Below are positions 7,276 through 17,050 of a DNA stretch of 64,000 nucleotides, piece by piece; the stretch's first letter is position 1; every line of letters begins with the position of its first letter. The notes under the pieces are model-generated. The model did not search any database. It was not told the DNA's origin and saw nothing but the letters and a program-made list of their open reading frames with translations. Origin of the DNA: an uncultured Pelagibacteraceae bacterium (GTDB taxonomy: Bacteria; Pseudomonadota; Alphaproteobacteria; Pelagibacterales; Pelagibacteraceae); contig CACFUH010000001.1 of the NCBI GenBank assembly GCA_902569415.1, forward strand, positions 5,414-69,413. Direction: 5' to 3'. Made by a program: the position numbers and the translations under genes.

Positions 7276-8148
7276 ATGGCAAACAATAAATTAGCAATAA
7301 TTGGTGGTAGTGGCCTATATGATGTTGAGGAATTTAAAGAAAGAGAACTCTTAGATCTAAATACACCTTGGGGAAAGCCTTCTGATCAAATCTTAAAAAC
7401 AAATTATAATAATAAAGAAGTCTATTTTTTACCTAGACATGGAAAAGGGCACTTTATCAATCCTTCAAATATTAATTTTAGAGCTAATATTGATTCTTTA
7501 AAACAATTGGGTGTTACGGACATTGTATCAGTATCAGCAGTTGGGTCTTTAAAAGAAGATTTGCCTCCTGGAAAGTTTGTAATAGTTGATCAATTTATCG
7601 ATAGAACATTTGCAAGAAATAAAACTTTTTTTGATGATGAAATTGTCGCTCATGTTTCTATGGCGCATCCAACATCTAATGGGTTAATGAACGCATGTGA
7701 AGAGGCTATTAAAAAAGAAAGTATAGAGTATCAAAGAGGTGGAACTTATGTTGTTATGGAAGGACCACAATTTTCAACACTTGCCGAGTCCAATTTATAT
7801 AGATCATGGAAAGCTGATGTAATCGGTATGACTAATATGCCAGAAGCTAAATTAGCAAGAGAAGCTGAAATTAGATACGCATCAGTTTCAATGATAACTG
7901 ATTATGATTGTTGGCACCCAGATCATAAAAATGTTGATGTTCAGCAAGTAATTAAAGTTCTTTTAGGAAATGCTGCTAAAGCAAAAAATATGATTAAAAA
8001 TTTAATTGAAAATTTTGAAAACCATATAGATCCAAAAGATCCAACAAACAATTGTTTGGATGTTGCAATAATAACTGCGCCTGAAAAAAGATCTCAAAAA
8101 ACTAAAGATAAATTAAAAACAATTGCAGGAAGAGTTTTACTTAAATGA
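7276..8148 (+). CDS. mtnP: S-methyl-5'-thioadenosine phosphorylase
   Basis: IIGGSG, TPWGKPS, PRHG, NFRANI, EGPQFST, GMT, TDYDCW. Confidence 0.95.
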   Translation: MANNKLAIIGGSGLYDVEEFKERELLDLNTPWGKPSDQILKTNYNNKEVYFLPRHGKGHFINPSNINFRANIDSLKQLGVTDIVSVSAVGSLKEDLPPGKFVIVDQFIDRTFARNKTFFDDEIVAHVSMAHPTSNGLMNACEEAIKKESIEYQRGGTYVVMEGPQFSTLAESNLYRSWKADVIGMTNMPEAKLAREAEIRYASVSMITDYDCWHPDHKNVDVQQVIKVLLGNAAKAKNMIKNLIENFENHIDPKDPTNNCLDVAIITAPEKRSQKTKDKLKTIAGRVLLK

Positions 8149-9053
8149 AAAAAATATTTTTACTTTTATCTATTTTATTATTTTGTACAAATGTCCTTGC
8201 AGATAAAATGACCAAAGATGGTTTTTTGAGCAACAAAAATGGTTATGCCAAAGATCAAAAAATAAAGGATCCAGAGAATAAAATTTTATTAATTTATAAC
8301 CATGGACAAAATAGTCACGATGGTCCCTCCAATGACTGCGTATGGAAGGGTGGTATGAAAAACATGGCATCCTTAGTCGGTAAAAAAATAAAAGAAAAAG
8401 AGGTATTAGTTTATATATTTTGCACTGGCAAACTTAAAGGAGATGATTACAAAAGACTATGGAATAAAAAAAAGTTTAAAGAGCCATATAAAGGCAAGCC
8501 AAAGCTTGAAAAAAGATTAGATGCAAATTTAAAACTAATTGATAATTTTGTGAACGAAGGCTTCAAAAAAAATCAAATATTTATAACAGGAAGATCTTGT
8601 GGTGGATGGATGACAATGATGTTATTAGCAAGGCATCAAAATACTTTAGCCGGGGGTATATCTTTTGTTCCTGAGTGTTATGGTAAATTAAGTAAAACAT
8701 ATAAAGTAAAAAAAGTTGGTGTTGAAGAAGCATTAAAAAAATTTAGAAAAAAAGATGGTCCAGGACCAGCAGATATGAGGCAAATGCAAATTAATGAAAT
8801 TATTAAGAGTAAAAATTTACCAGTTTTAGTTTTTACACATCCAAAAGATCCTTTTGGTGGATTGCTTTCCGACTGGGTAGAGAAAGCCGCGGGAGTTGAA
8901 AGAATAGTAGTTTCGGAAGATAATAAAATAAACGGAAAAAGTTGTAAAGTATGGGGAGAATCAATTAAAAATTATCATGACATAGATAGAGCTACTTGTT
9001 TTAAGGAATTTAATCCAAAGATTTTAGATTTTATTGCATCAAAAATTAATTAA
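8145..9053 (+). CDS. Exported alpha/beta-hydrolase-like protein
   Basis: N-terminal signal peptide, IYNHG, nucleophile elbow GRSCGG, later KDPF and YHD as candidate Asp/His. Confidence 0.65.
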   Translation: MKKIFLLLSILLFCTNVLADKMTKDGFLSNKNGYAKDQKIKDPENKILLIYNHGQNSHDGPSNDCVWKGGMKNMASLVGKKIKEKEVLVYIFCTGKLKGDDYKRLWNKKKFKEPYKGKPKLEKRLDANLKLIDNFVNEGFKKNQIFITGRSCGGWMTMMLLARHQNTLAGGISFVPECYGKLSKTYKVKKVGVEEALKKFRKKDGPGPADMRQMQINEIIKSKNLPVLVFTHPKDPFGGLLSDWVEKAAGVERIVVSEDNKINGKSCKVWGESIKNYHDIDRATCFKEFNPKILDFIASKIN

Positions 9054-10124
9054 ATGAAAATAGAAGGTAAAGAATATCGTACTATCTGGTTTGAAAATAA
9101 TGTTGTAAAAATTATTGACCAAACAAAGCTTCCACACCAATTTATAATTAAAGATCTTAAAACTTTGAAAGATGCAATTAACGCTATAAAAATTATGGAA
9201 GTTAGAGGAGCTCCTTTAATTGGTGCAACAGCTGCATATGGTCTAGTTCTTTCAATCATAGAAAATAATGATCAATCATTTTTAAAAAAATCAGCAGAAG
9301 ATCTGATTAATTCAAGACCAACCGCAATAAATTTGAAATGGGCGGTTGATAGAATGATGAACAAATTATCAGGTGTAAATAGTGATAAAATTTTAGAAAT
9401 AGCATTAAATGAAGCAAAAGAAATATGTGAAGAAGATATTAAATTTTGCGAAAATATTGGATTAAATGGTCTTAAAATAATTGAAGAAATTTATAATAAA
9501 AAAAAAGATACAGTAAATATATTAACCCATTGCAACGCTGGATGGCTTGCAACGATTAATTGGGGAACTGCAACTTCTCCGATTTATCATGCACACAAAA
9601 AAGGAATACCAGTTCATGTTTGGACTGATGAGACAAGGCCCAGAAATCAAGGAGCTAATTTAACTTCTTATGAATTAAATGAGGAGAATGTACCCAATAC
9701 TATTATTGCAGATAATACTGGGGGTATTTTAATGCAAAGAGGTGAGGTTGATATGTGCATTGTTGGAACAGATAGAACATTGGCTAATGGCGATGTTTGT
9801 AATAAAATTGGAACTTACCTAAAGGCATTAGCAGCTCATGATAATAAAATTCCTTTTTATGTTGCGTTACCAAGCTCAACAATAGATTGGAATATTAAAG
9901 ATTATAAAGATATTCCAATTGAAGAAAGAAATTCAGAAGAACTTTCTCATGTTGAAGGTTTAGATGAAAATGGAAATATTAAAAAAATACAAATATATCC
10001 AAAAAAAAGTAAGTCATTGAACTTAGCTTTTGATGTAACACCTGCAAAATATGTTACAGGATTAATTACTGAAAAAGGTGTATGTGAAGCATCAGAAAAA
10101 GGATTAAAGGATTTATTTAAATGA
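9054..10124 (+). CDS. mtnA: Methylthioribose-1-phosphate isomerase
   Basis: DQTKLP, VRGAPLIG, SRPTAINL, LTHCNAG, DETRPRNQG, NKIGT, FDVTP. Confidence 0.96.
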   Translation: MKIEGKEYRTIWFENNVVKIIDQTKLPHQFIIKDLKTLKDAINAIKIMEVRGAPLIGATAAYGLVLSIIENNDQSFLKKSAEDLINSRPTAINLKWAVDRMMNKLSGVNSDKILEIALNEAKEICEEDIKFCENIGLNGLKIIEEIYNKKKDTVNILTHCNAGWLATINWGTATSPIYHAHKKGIPVHVWTDETRPRNQGANLTSYELNEENVPNTIIADNTGGILMQRGEVDMCIVGTDRTLANGDVCNKIGTYLKALAAHDNKIPFYVALPSSTIDWNIKDYKDIPIEERNSEELSHVEGLDENGNIKKIQIYPKKSKSLNLAFDVTPAKYVTGLITEKGVCEASEKGLKDLFK

Positions 10125-10786
10125 AAAATATTAAAGAAAGAGAAGACATAATTAAATTTGCTCTTATGTTGAATACTACAAATTTATCTCCTCTTAGATC
10201 AGGAAATCTTTCAATAAGAGTAATAGAAAATGATGTTGAAGGGTTTCTTCTTACACCTTCGGGCATCAAATATGAAACTCTTAAACCAGAAGATATTGTT
10301 TTTCTTGCTCTAGATGAAAAATATGACAATCTTAAAATGTTTAATTCTGGATTGAATCCATCTTCTGAATGGCGTTTTCATCAAGATGTTTATATAAAAA
10401 AAAGAGAAGCAAAAGCAATTGTTCATGCTCATTCTCCTCATGCAACTGCAGTTTCAACTCATGGTAAATCAATTCCAGCATTTCACTATATGGTCGCTTT
10501 AGCTGGAGGAGACGATATAAAATGTGCCGAATATGCAACCTTTGGTACACCAGATTTATCAATTAATATTATAAAAGCTTTAGAAAAGAGAAAAGGTTGT
10601 CTAATGTCAAATCATGGACAAATAACTATCGGTGGAACTTTAAAGCAAGCTTTTGAATTAGCACAAGAGATAGAAAATATTTGTCATCAATACATAATTG
10701 CATTAAAATTAGGACAACCTAAGATTCTTTCATCTACTGAGATGAGTAAAATCTTGGACAAAATAATTCATTATAAAAAGGGTTAA
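10121..10786 (+). CDS. Class II aldolase (FucA/Ald2-like)
   Basis: SGNLS, TPSG, PSSEWRFH, VHAHSPH, FHYMVALAGG, NHG. Confidence 0.88.
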   Translation: MKNIKEREDIIKFALMLNTTNLSPLRSGNLSIRVIENDVEGFLLTPSGIKYETLKPEDIVFLALDEKYDNLKMFNSGLNPSSEWRFHQDVYIKKREAKAIVHAHSPHATAVSTHGKSIPAFHYMVALAGGDDIKCAEYATFGTPDLSINIIKALEKRKGCLMSNHGQITIGGTLKQAFELAQEIENICHQYIIALKLGQPKILSSTEMSKILDKIIHYKKG

Positions 10787-10811
10787 CTTTTTATAATTTA
10801 TAGAGGGAGAT

Positions 10812-11852
10812 ATGATTAAAGTAGGGGAGCATATTACTCTAGATATAATTGGCACTAAGAAAGAATACGATGCATCTTTCTTCGAAAGCCTAGTTCATAA
10901 AATTGCAGAAAAAGCCAAAGTAACAGTTTTAAATATTGCAAAATATAAATTTGAACCCCAAGGTTTTACTTTAGTGGCTTTGTTAGCAGAAAGTCATATT
11001 AGTTTTCACACATATCCAGAAAAAGGAATAATTAGTTTTGATTTTTATACTTGTGGAACAGTTGCCCCATCAATTGCTTTAGATGTTTTAAAAAAAGAGA
11101 TTGAACATAAAAGAATAATTAAAAAAGAGTTAAATAGAGATACAATTTCTTTTTATTATGACAACACAAGCACAAAAGGACTGCAAAAAAATTATCTTGT
11201 AAAAGAAGTTATAGAGGATTTCAAATCTAAAGTTGGTCAGCATATAGAGATACTAGATTTAGTGGAATATGGTAAATCGTTATTTATAGATGGGGATTTA
11301 CAAGTGGCCGAGAGTGATGAACATTTGTATAGTGGAACATTCGTAAATTCTGCAATGAAACTCAATAAAAGCAAAGATAGGGCTGCTATTATTGGTGGAG
11401 GGGACGGAGGTGTTGCAAGAGAGTGTATAGCAAAAGGATTTGGGTTTATTGATTGGTACGAATTAGATCCTGAAGTTGTTGAAGTTTGTAAAAAACATAT
11501 TGGATCTATAGGTAAAAATGCTACTGAGAAAAATTCTGTAAAATGTGTTTGGGGAGATGCCTTTGAAAGTATCAAAAAAGTTGAAGACGATAGTTATGAT
11601 AAAATATTTATTGATTTAAACGACGATCAATTCTGTATTGATTTAGCAGCTAAAAATATGAATTCATTAGTTAGAATTCTTAAACCTGATGGAGTGATAA
11701 CAGCACAAGTTGGAAGTCAAGACAAAAAACCAAAACAAGTAGATAATTGGTTAGATGTTTTTAACAAAAATTTTGGTAATGCTACCTTAGATAGAGTATA
11801 TATCCCAAGCTTCGATAGTTCTTGGAACTTTTACTCATCAATTAATCATTAA
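10812..11852 (+). CDS. S-adenosylmethionine decarboxylase-spermidine synthase fusion (SpeD-SpeE)
   Basis: N-terminal FEPQG...LLAESHISFHTYPE (SpeD cleavage motif ESH); C-terminal IIGGGDGG, ELDPEVV, GDAF. SD-like AGAGGGAG upstream. Confidence 0.92.
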   Translation: MIKVGEHITLDIIGTKKEYDASFFESLVHKIAEKAKVTVLNIAKYKFEPQGFTLVALLAESHISFHTYPEKGIISFDFYTCGTVAPSIALDVLKKEIEHKRIIKKELNRDTISFYYDNTSTKGLQKNYLVKEVIEDFKSKVGQHIEILDLVEYGKSLFIDGDLQVAESDEHLYSGTFVNSAMKLNKSKDRAAIIGGGDGGVARECIAKGFGFIDWYELDPEVVEVCKKHIGSIGKNATEKNSVKCVWGDAFESIKKVEDDSYDKIFIDLNDDQFCIDLAAKNMNSLVRILKPDGVITAQVGSQDKKPKQVDNWLDVFNKNFGNATLDRVYIPSFDSSWNFYSSINH

Positions 11853-11922
11853 TTTTATCTTTTTAAATCTGAAATTTTGTGGAATAATAAGTTTTAATTA
11901 ATATTAATTACGGGGGAAAATA

Positions 11923-12786
11923 ATGAAATTGAAAAAAATCATATTAAGTGTTTTTGCTTCTTTATTTCTTTTTAGTTCAACCCTATCTGCAGATACTATT
12001 AGAATTGCAACAGAGGGCGCTTACCCTCCGTGGAACTCTAAATCTGAAGATGGAAAACTAATTGGATTTGAAGTTGAACTTGCAAACTGGCTATGTATCT
12101 ACATGGAAAGAGATTGCAAAATCGTTGAACAGGATTGGGATGGAATGATCCCTGCATTAAGAATGAGAAAATACGATGCTATAATGGCAGGTATGTCTAT
12201 CACTGATGAAAGAAAAAAAGTTATAACTTTTTCTCAAGGTTATGCTGACGAAGTTGCATCACTTGCAGTAATGAAAGGTTCTGACCTAGAAGGTATGGAT
12301 ACTCCTGAAGGTATAAATTTATCTTTAGGCGGCAAAGATGTTAAAGCTGCTCTTAAAACTATTACAGGAGCTTTAGCTGGTAAAACTGTTTGTACACAAA
12401 CTGGAACTATTCACCAAAACTTTTTAGAGTCAGGAGATGTAGGATCAGTTGATGTTAGAACTTACAAAACTCAAGATGAGGTTAACCTAGATTTATCTGC
12501 TGGTAGATGCGATGCAGCGTTAGCTGCAGCTGTAGCATTTACTGATTATGCTGAAAAATCTGGAAAAGATGTTGTGTTAGTTGGACCAACTTTCTCTGGT
12601 GGACACTTTGGAAACGGAGTAGGTGTTGGTTTAAGACAAGAAGCACAATTTGGTTCAGACTCTGCTCTTGGACAAAGAGATGCTCAACTACTTAAAGATT
12701 TCAATAAAGCTATTGATCAAGCAAGAAAAGCTGGAAAAATTAGTGAACTTGCAACTAAGTGGTTTGGTTTCGACGCATCAATGTAA
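11923..12786 (+). CDS. Polar amino-acid ABC transporter substrate-binding protein (Arg/Lys/Orn/octopine family)
   Basis: Signal peptide, ATEGAYPPWN, QDWDGMIPAL, GMSITDER. Confidence 0.9.
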   Translation: MKLKKIILSVFASLFLFSSTLSADTIRIATEGAYPPWNSKSEDGKLIGFEVELANWLCIYMERDCKIVEQDWDGMIPALRMRKYDAIMAGMSITDERKKVITFSQGYADEVASLAVMKGSDLEGMDTPEGINLSLGGKDVKAALKTITGALAGKTVCTQTGTIHQNFLESGDVGSVDVRTYKTQDEVNLDLSAGRCDAALAAAVAFTDYAEKSGKDVVLVGPTFSGGHFGNGVGVGLRQEAQFGSDSALGQRDAQLLKDFNKAIDQARKAGKISELATKWFGFDASM

Positions 12787-12797
12787 ATTTAAAATTT

Positions 12798-12824
12798 AAA
12801 AGGCGGTTATTTTAACCGCCTTTT
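12798..12824 (+). terminator. Intercistronic terminator-like hairpin
   Basis: AAAAGGCGGTTA-TTT-TAACCGCCTTTT, a perfect 12-bp inverted repeat. Confidence 0.75.
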
Positions 12825-12827
12825 ACC

Positions 12828-13520
12828 ATGGAATTAATATCATTTGGAGATAACGGTTGGGGTGATGAGCTATTTGTAGCCACGCTCATGACAATTGCTG
12901 TTGCAATTACAGCAATGTTAATTGGTTTTTTATTTGCATTATTATTTACTCCTTTAAAATTATCAAAATATAAAATTTTAAATTTAATTGCTAATTTTTA
13001 CACTACAGTTGTGAGAGGAGTACCTGAGCTTTTGGTTATTTATCTTTTCTTTTTTGGGGGAAGTGGAGCCATAATGTATGTTGCTCAGATTTTTGGTTAT
13101 TATGATTATATTGAAATAAACGCTTTTTTAACTGGTGCTATTTCAATTGGAATTATTTCAGGCGCTTATTCTACAGAAGTTTTTAGAGGAGCAATTCAAT
13201 CAATAGACAAAGGTCAGTTCGAGGCCTGTCATGTTTTAGGTTTAAAAAAGTATATATATTTTTTCAAAGTAATTATGCCTCAAATGTTAAGACTTGCGAT
13301 ACCAAATCTAAGTAATGTTTGGCAAATAACTTTAAAAGATACATCTTTAATTTCTGTTACTGGATTAGTTGAGATTATGAGACAATCTTACATTGCAGCA
13401 GGATCAACAAGAGATCCACTTTTCTTTTATTCTTTCGCTGCACTTTTGTATTTAATGCTCACCTATTTAAGTATGAAATTTATTAACAGATTAGAAAAAA
13501 ACTATAGCAGAGGATATTGA
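12828..13520 (+). CDS. Amino-acid ABC transporter permease (HisQ/OccQ-like)
   Basis: RGVPEL, GAYSTEVFRGA, GQFEA, LKDTSL. Confidence 0.92.
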   Translation: MELISFGDNGWGDELFVATLMTIAVAITAMLIGFLFALLFTPLKLSKYKILNLIANFYTTVVRGVPELLVIYLFFFGGSGAIMYVAQIFGYYDYIEINAFLTGAISIGIISGAYSTEVFRGAIQSIDKGQFEACHVLGLKKYIYFFKVIMPQMLRLAIPNLSNVWQITLKDTSLISVTGLVEIMRQSYIAAGSTRDPLFFYSFAALLYLMLTYLSMKFINRLEKNYSRGY

Positions 13521-14194
13521 TGGATTTAGAATTAATAATAACAAGTTTTCCAAAATTATTAGGTGCAACAGTGATAACTTTAAAACTTTTATCTGCATCA
13601 TTATTTTTTGGATTAATTTTAGGATTATTTTTTGCAATTCTAAGATTAAATAAAAATAAATTAGTCAGAGGATTTGCTTATGGGTATTCATATGTTTTCA
13701 GAGGAACACCACTTTTAGTTCAGATATTTATAATTTATTTTGGTCTTGGACAAATAGAATACTTAAGAACAACTTTTTTATGGGTTATTTTAAAAGAACC
13801 TTACTGGTGTGCAATTATTGCATTTTCATTAAATACTGGAGCGTATACTTCAGAGATATTAAGATCAGCATTTGAAACAATAAAACCAGGTATAGTTGAA
13901 GCTGGTAGAAGTTTAGGATTAAATAAAATGTTTATTTTTAGCAAAATTCAAATTCCAATAGCAATTAAACAGTCTTTACCTGCATACGGTAATGAAATAA
14001 TCTTAATGTTAAAAGGAACTTCTCTTGCAAGCACTGTAACTCTTTTAGATATAACAGGTGTTGCAAAATTTATAATTTCTACAACTTTTAGACCAATTGA
14101 AGTATTTATAGTTGCTGGAAGTATCTATTTATTTATTACTTTTTTGGTTCACAACTTAATAAAATATTTAGAAAAAAAATACAGATATCAATAG
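13520..14194 (+). CDS. Amino-acid ABC transporter permease (HisM/OccM-like)
   Basis: FRGTPLLVQ, AYTSEILR, LKGTSLAS; TGATG coupling to the upstream gene. Confidence 0.92.
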   Translation: MDLELIITSFPKLLGATVITLKLLSASLFFGLILGLFFAILRLNKNKLVRGFAYGYSYVFRGTPLLVQIFIIYFGLGQIEYLRTTFLWVILKEPYWCAIIAFSLNTGAYTSEILRSAFETIKPGIVEAGRSLGLNKMFIFSKIQIPIAIKQSLPAYGNEIILMLKGTSLASTVTLLDITGVAKFIISTTFRPIEVFIVAGSIYLFITFLVHNLIKYLEKKYRYQ

Positions 14195-14577
14195 TTAGTA
14201 TATTCTTTAATTTCTTTTATTTTTGATCCAGTGTGGTTGTTTATATCTAATTTGATTTTAGCTCGGGTATCGTTAAGAAAATGAATATCTCTAGACAATC
14301 TAATAAAATCTTCTCCAAAATTTGAATCTTTTTCACACTTTCTTTTATCATCTTCAATAATCCACAATTTTGAATTTATATTTTTTAATGCAATAAAAAA
14401 TTTTTCTAGTTTTACATCCATTTTTACATTTTTTTCTAGTTCACTTTTTAGAACTTTATATTCGTCATTTATAAAATTAAGCTTTTCGGAGTCTTTAATT
14501 CTGTCTTTTTTAATTTCTAAAATAGATATTTTATCAAAAAGTTCTCCAACAGATACTTCAACTAGAATTTTATTCAT
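14188..14577 (-). CDS. Conserved hypothetical protein (DUF6165-like)
   Basis: VSVGELFDKISILEIK...LWIIEDDKR...NDTRAKIK...EIKEY. Confidence 0.75.
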   Translation of the reverse strand: MNKILVEVSVGELFDKISILEIKKDRIKDSEKLNFINDEYKVLKSELEKNVKMDVKLEKFFIALKNINSKLWIIEDDKRKCEKDSNFGEDFIRLSRDIHFLNDTRAKIKLDINNHTGSKIKEIKEYTNY

Positions 14578-14609
14578 AAAATTTTATAGTGTGTTAAGTT
14601 GTTAAAAAT

Positions 14610-15545
14610 ATGTCTAATATTTTAATTATAAAACACGGTTCTTTAGGAGATATAGCTCAAGCTTGTGGTGCTATTCAAGATATATCTGAGAGCCATAATA
14701 ATGATCAAATATACTTATTAACTACAAAGCCATATTTTGATTTATTTAAAAAAAATCCATATTTAACAGATGTGATATTAGACAAGAGATTAGCTAGATA
14801 TAATTTAATTTACCTTTATTTTTTGATGAGAAAAATAAAAAAATTAAAAATTTCCAAGGTTTATGATTTACAAAATTCATCAAGAACAAGCTTTTATAAA
14901 AAAATTTTATTTCCTAATTCAAATTTTAATAACTGGTCCTCATCTGAAACAACACTACCAAAAAATAAAACAAAAGAAGAATTTGATAAAAAATCTGTTC
15001 TTGAGAGATTTGATCATCAACTACAGACATCAAAAATAAATACAAAGCATACAATGCTCCCCGATTTTTCTTGGAGCTGCACAGACATTTCTAAAATAAA
15101 ATCAGAATATAAATTGGAAAAATACATTGTTTTATTTCCATTTTGTTCACCTCATCTTGCTCAAAAAAAGTGGCCTTATTACAATGAGTTAATTGAAAAA
15201 ATAAAAAATAAATATAATGATCAGTACAAAATTGTAGTAGCGCCTGGCCCAGATGAAATTAATGAATCAAAAGATATCAATGCATTATGTGTTCTCGATA
15301 ATGGAAAAGCTTTAGATATTTCTCAACTTTCTTCATTAATTAAAGACAGCAAATTTGTTATTGCAAATGACACAGGTCCCGCACACATGGCAGCACACTT
15401 AGGAGCTAAAGGTTTAACTTTATTTGGATCTCATACAACAGCTTACAAAGTAAGCATTGAAAGAGAGAACTTTAAAGCAATTCAAGTTAATGATTTAGTA
15501 AAACTATCTACAGATAAAGTTTTGGAAAAAATTAATTTAAATTAA
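14610..15545 (+). CDS. GT9 glycosyltransferase (LPS heptosyltransferase family)
   Basis: ILIIKHGSLGD, DLQ, KKWP, NDTGPAHMAA. Confidence 0.9.
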   Translation: MSNILIIKHGSLGDIAQACGAIQDISESHNNDQIYLLTTKPYFDLFKKNPYLTDVILDKRLARYNLIYLYFLMRKIKKLKISKVYDLQNSSRTSFYKKILFPNSNFNNWSSSETTLPKNKTKEEFDKKSVLERFDHQLQTSKINTKHTMLPDFSWSCTDISKIKSEYKLEKYIVLFPFCSPHLAQKKWPYYNELIEKIKNKYNDQYKIVVAPGPDEINESKDINALCVLDNGKALDISQLSSLIKDSKFVIANDTGPAHMAAHLGAKGLTLFGSHTTAYKVSIERENFKAIQVNDLVKLSTDKVLEKINLN

Positions 15546-15955
15546 ATATAAATTTTATCTGCTAATCCGTAACAAAGAATTGCACTTAAAATTGTAAAAA
15601 CTAATGGTGCAATTACACCTTCGTTTGAGTCATTTTTTATTCCAGTTTTATCAATCTTTATAGAATAAGTATTCACTAAAAAGATGCATAAGTTTTGTAC
15701 AAAAACTAAGTTAAAAAATCCCCATGTTCCCTCAACTCCTCCTGGTCTAACAAACATAATGTAAATTGCCATTAAGACTGCGCCGAGAAAAAGAGCTCCA
15801 CACATTCTCATCATAGTAGATGCTGTTTCATCTATTTGAAATTTTTCACGAAATTTTTTTGTTCCTATTATTAACTGGAAAGCGTAAACACCTAATCCAA
15901 TAAAATGAACTAAGAAAATTATTAAGTAGATTATTCCATTAAATTTTTCGATCAT
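15542..15955 (-). CDS. Hypothetical membrane protein (about 4 TM)
   Basis: 137-aa ORF with four hydrophobic segments. Confidence 0.75.
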   Translation of the reverse strand: MIEKFNGIIYLIIFLVHFIGLGVYAFQLIIGTKKFREKFQIDETASTMMRMCGALFLGAVLMAIYIMFVRPGGVEGTWGFFNLVFVQNLCIFLVNTYSIKIDKTGIKNDSNEGVIAPLVFTILSAILCYGLADKIYI

Positions 15956-15967
15956 AAATTTATCTTA

Positions 15968-17050
15968 TCACAAAATTTTTAAATATTCTTTGGTTATATT
16001 ATCCCATTCAAATTTAGTTGAGTAATCTTTAGCTTTTTTACCCATTTCTAAATATGAATTATTTTTTAAAATTAAATCTATACTAGAATAAATTTCTTCT
16101 AAATTATTACCATCACAAATAATTCCTGTTTCATTATTTTTTATTGCATCTGATGCCCCTCCATCTTTTCCCCCAATAGAAGGTATTCCATATTGAGCAG
16201 CTTCTACATATGCAATACCAAATCCTTCAACTGAAGTTTTGTGTATAATTGACGGCATTACAAAAAGGTTTGACTTTGAAACTAGCGCATTTTTTAATTC
16301 TTGAGTAATATTTTTTAAAAAAATTACATTTTCATTTAATTCTAGTTCATTTGTAAGTTTTTTTATGTTTTCTTCTTCTTCTCCATAACCAATACAAGTA
16401 TAAATAATATTTGGGTAAATTTGTTTAAGATTTCTTAATGCCATTATTACTTTTTCATGATTTTTTCTTTTATCAAATCTTGAAACTGTAATTAATCTTG
16501 GGTTTTTACTTTTTAATAAATTTTCAGCCTCTTTAATTGATGATTTATCTATTTTTTTAGGAGGAAATACACCCGGATTAATAACAATAATTTTATTTTC
16601 ATCTATACCAATCTCTACTGCAAGATTTTTTGTATATTCTGAATTAGCAACAACTTGATCAATATTTTTAAAAGCTTTTAAAATTCTTCTATTAGCAAAA
16701 GATCCTTTTTTATGATTAATTTCTTTTGAGTGAATTAAACAAATTTTTTTATTTGTTGTTTTAATCAATTCTAAACTTTTCCAATGATCTGCAATAACAC
16801 AATTAATATTTTTATTTTTCTTAATAAATTCATTTACTAGATATGATTTTCGATGTTTTCTTAAAAGCTTTATTCCTCCAACTCTATCAATAGAAAAAGA
16901 TACTTTTTGATCATGATCTTTATATTGCTCATGAAAATCTGCAAATACTTTTACTAAATTATATTTTGCTAAAGAACAGGTTAGTCCCCACATTAAGTTT
17001 TGCATTCCACCAACTTCTGGAGGAAAAGATCTGGTAACTACTATATACAT
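15968..17050 (-). CDS. GT4 glycosyltransferase
   Basis: FPPEVGGMQ, VSRFDKRKN, EGFGIAYVEA. Confidence 0.92.
   Translation of the reverse strand: MYIVVTRSFPPEVGGMQNLMWGLTCSLAKYNLVKVFADFHEQYKDHDQKVSFSIDRVGGIKLLRKHRKSYLVNEFIKKNKNINCVIADHWKSLELIKTTNKKICLIHSKEINHKKGSFANRRILKAFKNIDQVVANSEYTKNLAVEIGIDENKIIVINPGVFPPKKIDKSSIKEAENLLKSKNPRLITVSRFDKRKNHEKVIMALRNLKQIYPNIIYTCIGYGEEEENIKKLTNELELNENVIFLKNITQELKNALVSKSNLFVMPSIIHKTSVEGFGIAYVEAAQYGIPSIGGKDGGASDAIKNNETGIICDGNNLEEIYSSIDLILKNNSYLEMGKKAKDYSTKFEWDNITKEYLKIL

Noticed and set aside
7235-7297. Extended apt start overlapping mtnP
   Set aside because: Apt similarity begins at ATG 7234; the extension would overlap the divergent gene head to head.
10121-10786. 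Fucose catabolism (fucA) or mtnB call
   Set aside because: No fucose genes nearby, and the motifs are FucA/Ald2-like rather than MtnB-like; left as a class II aldolase.
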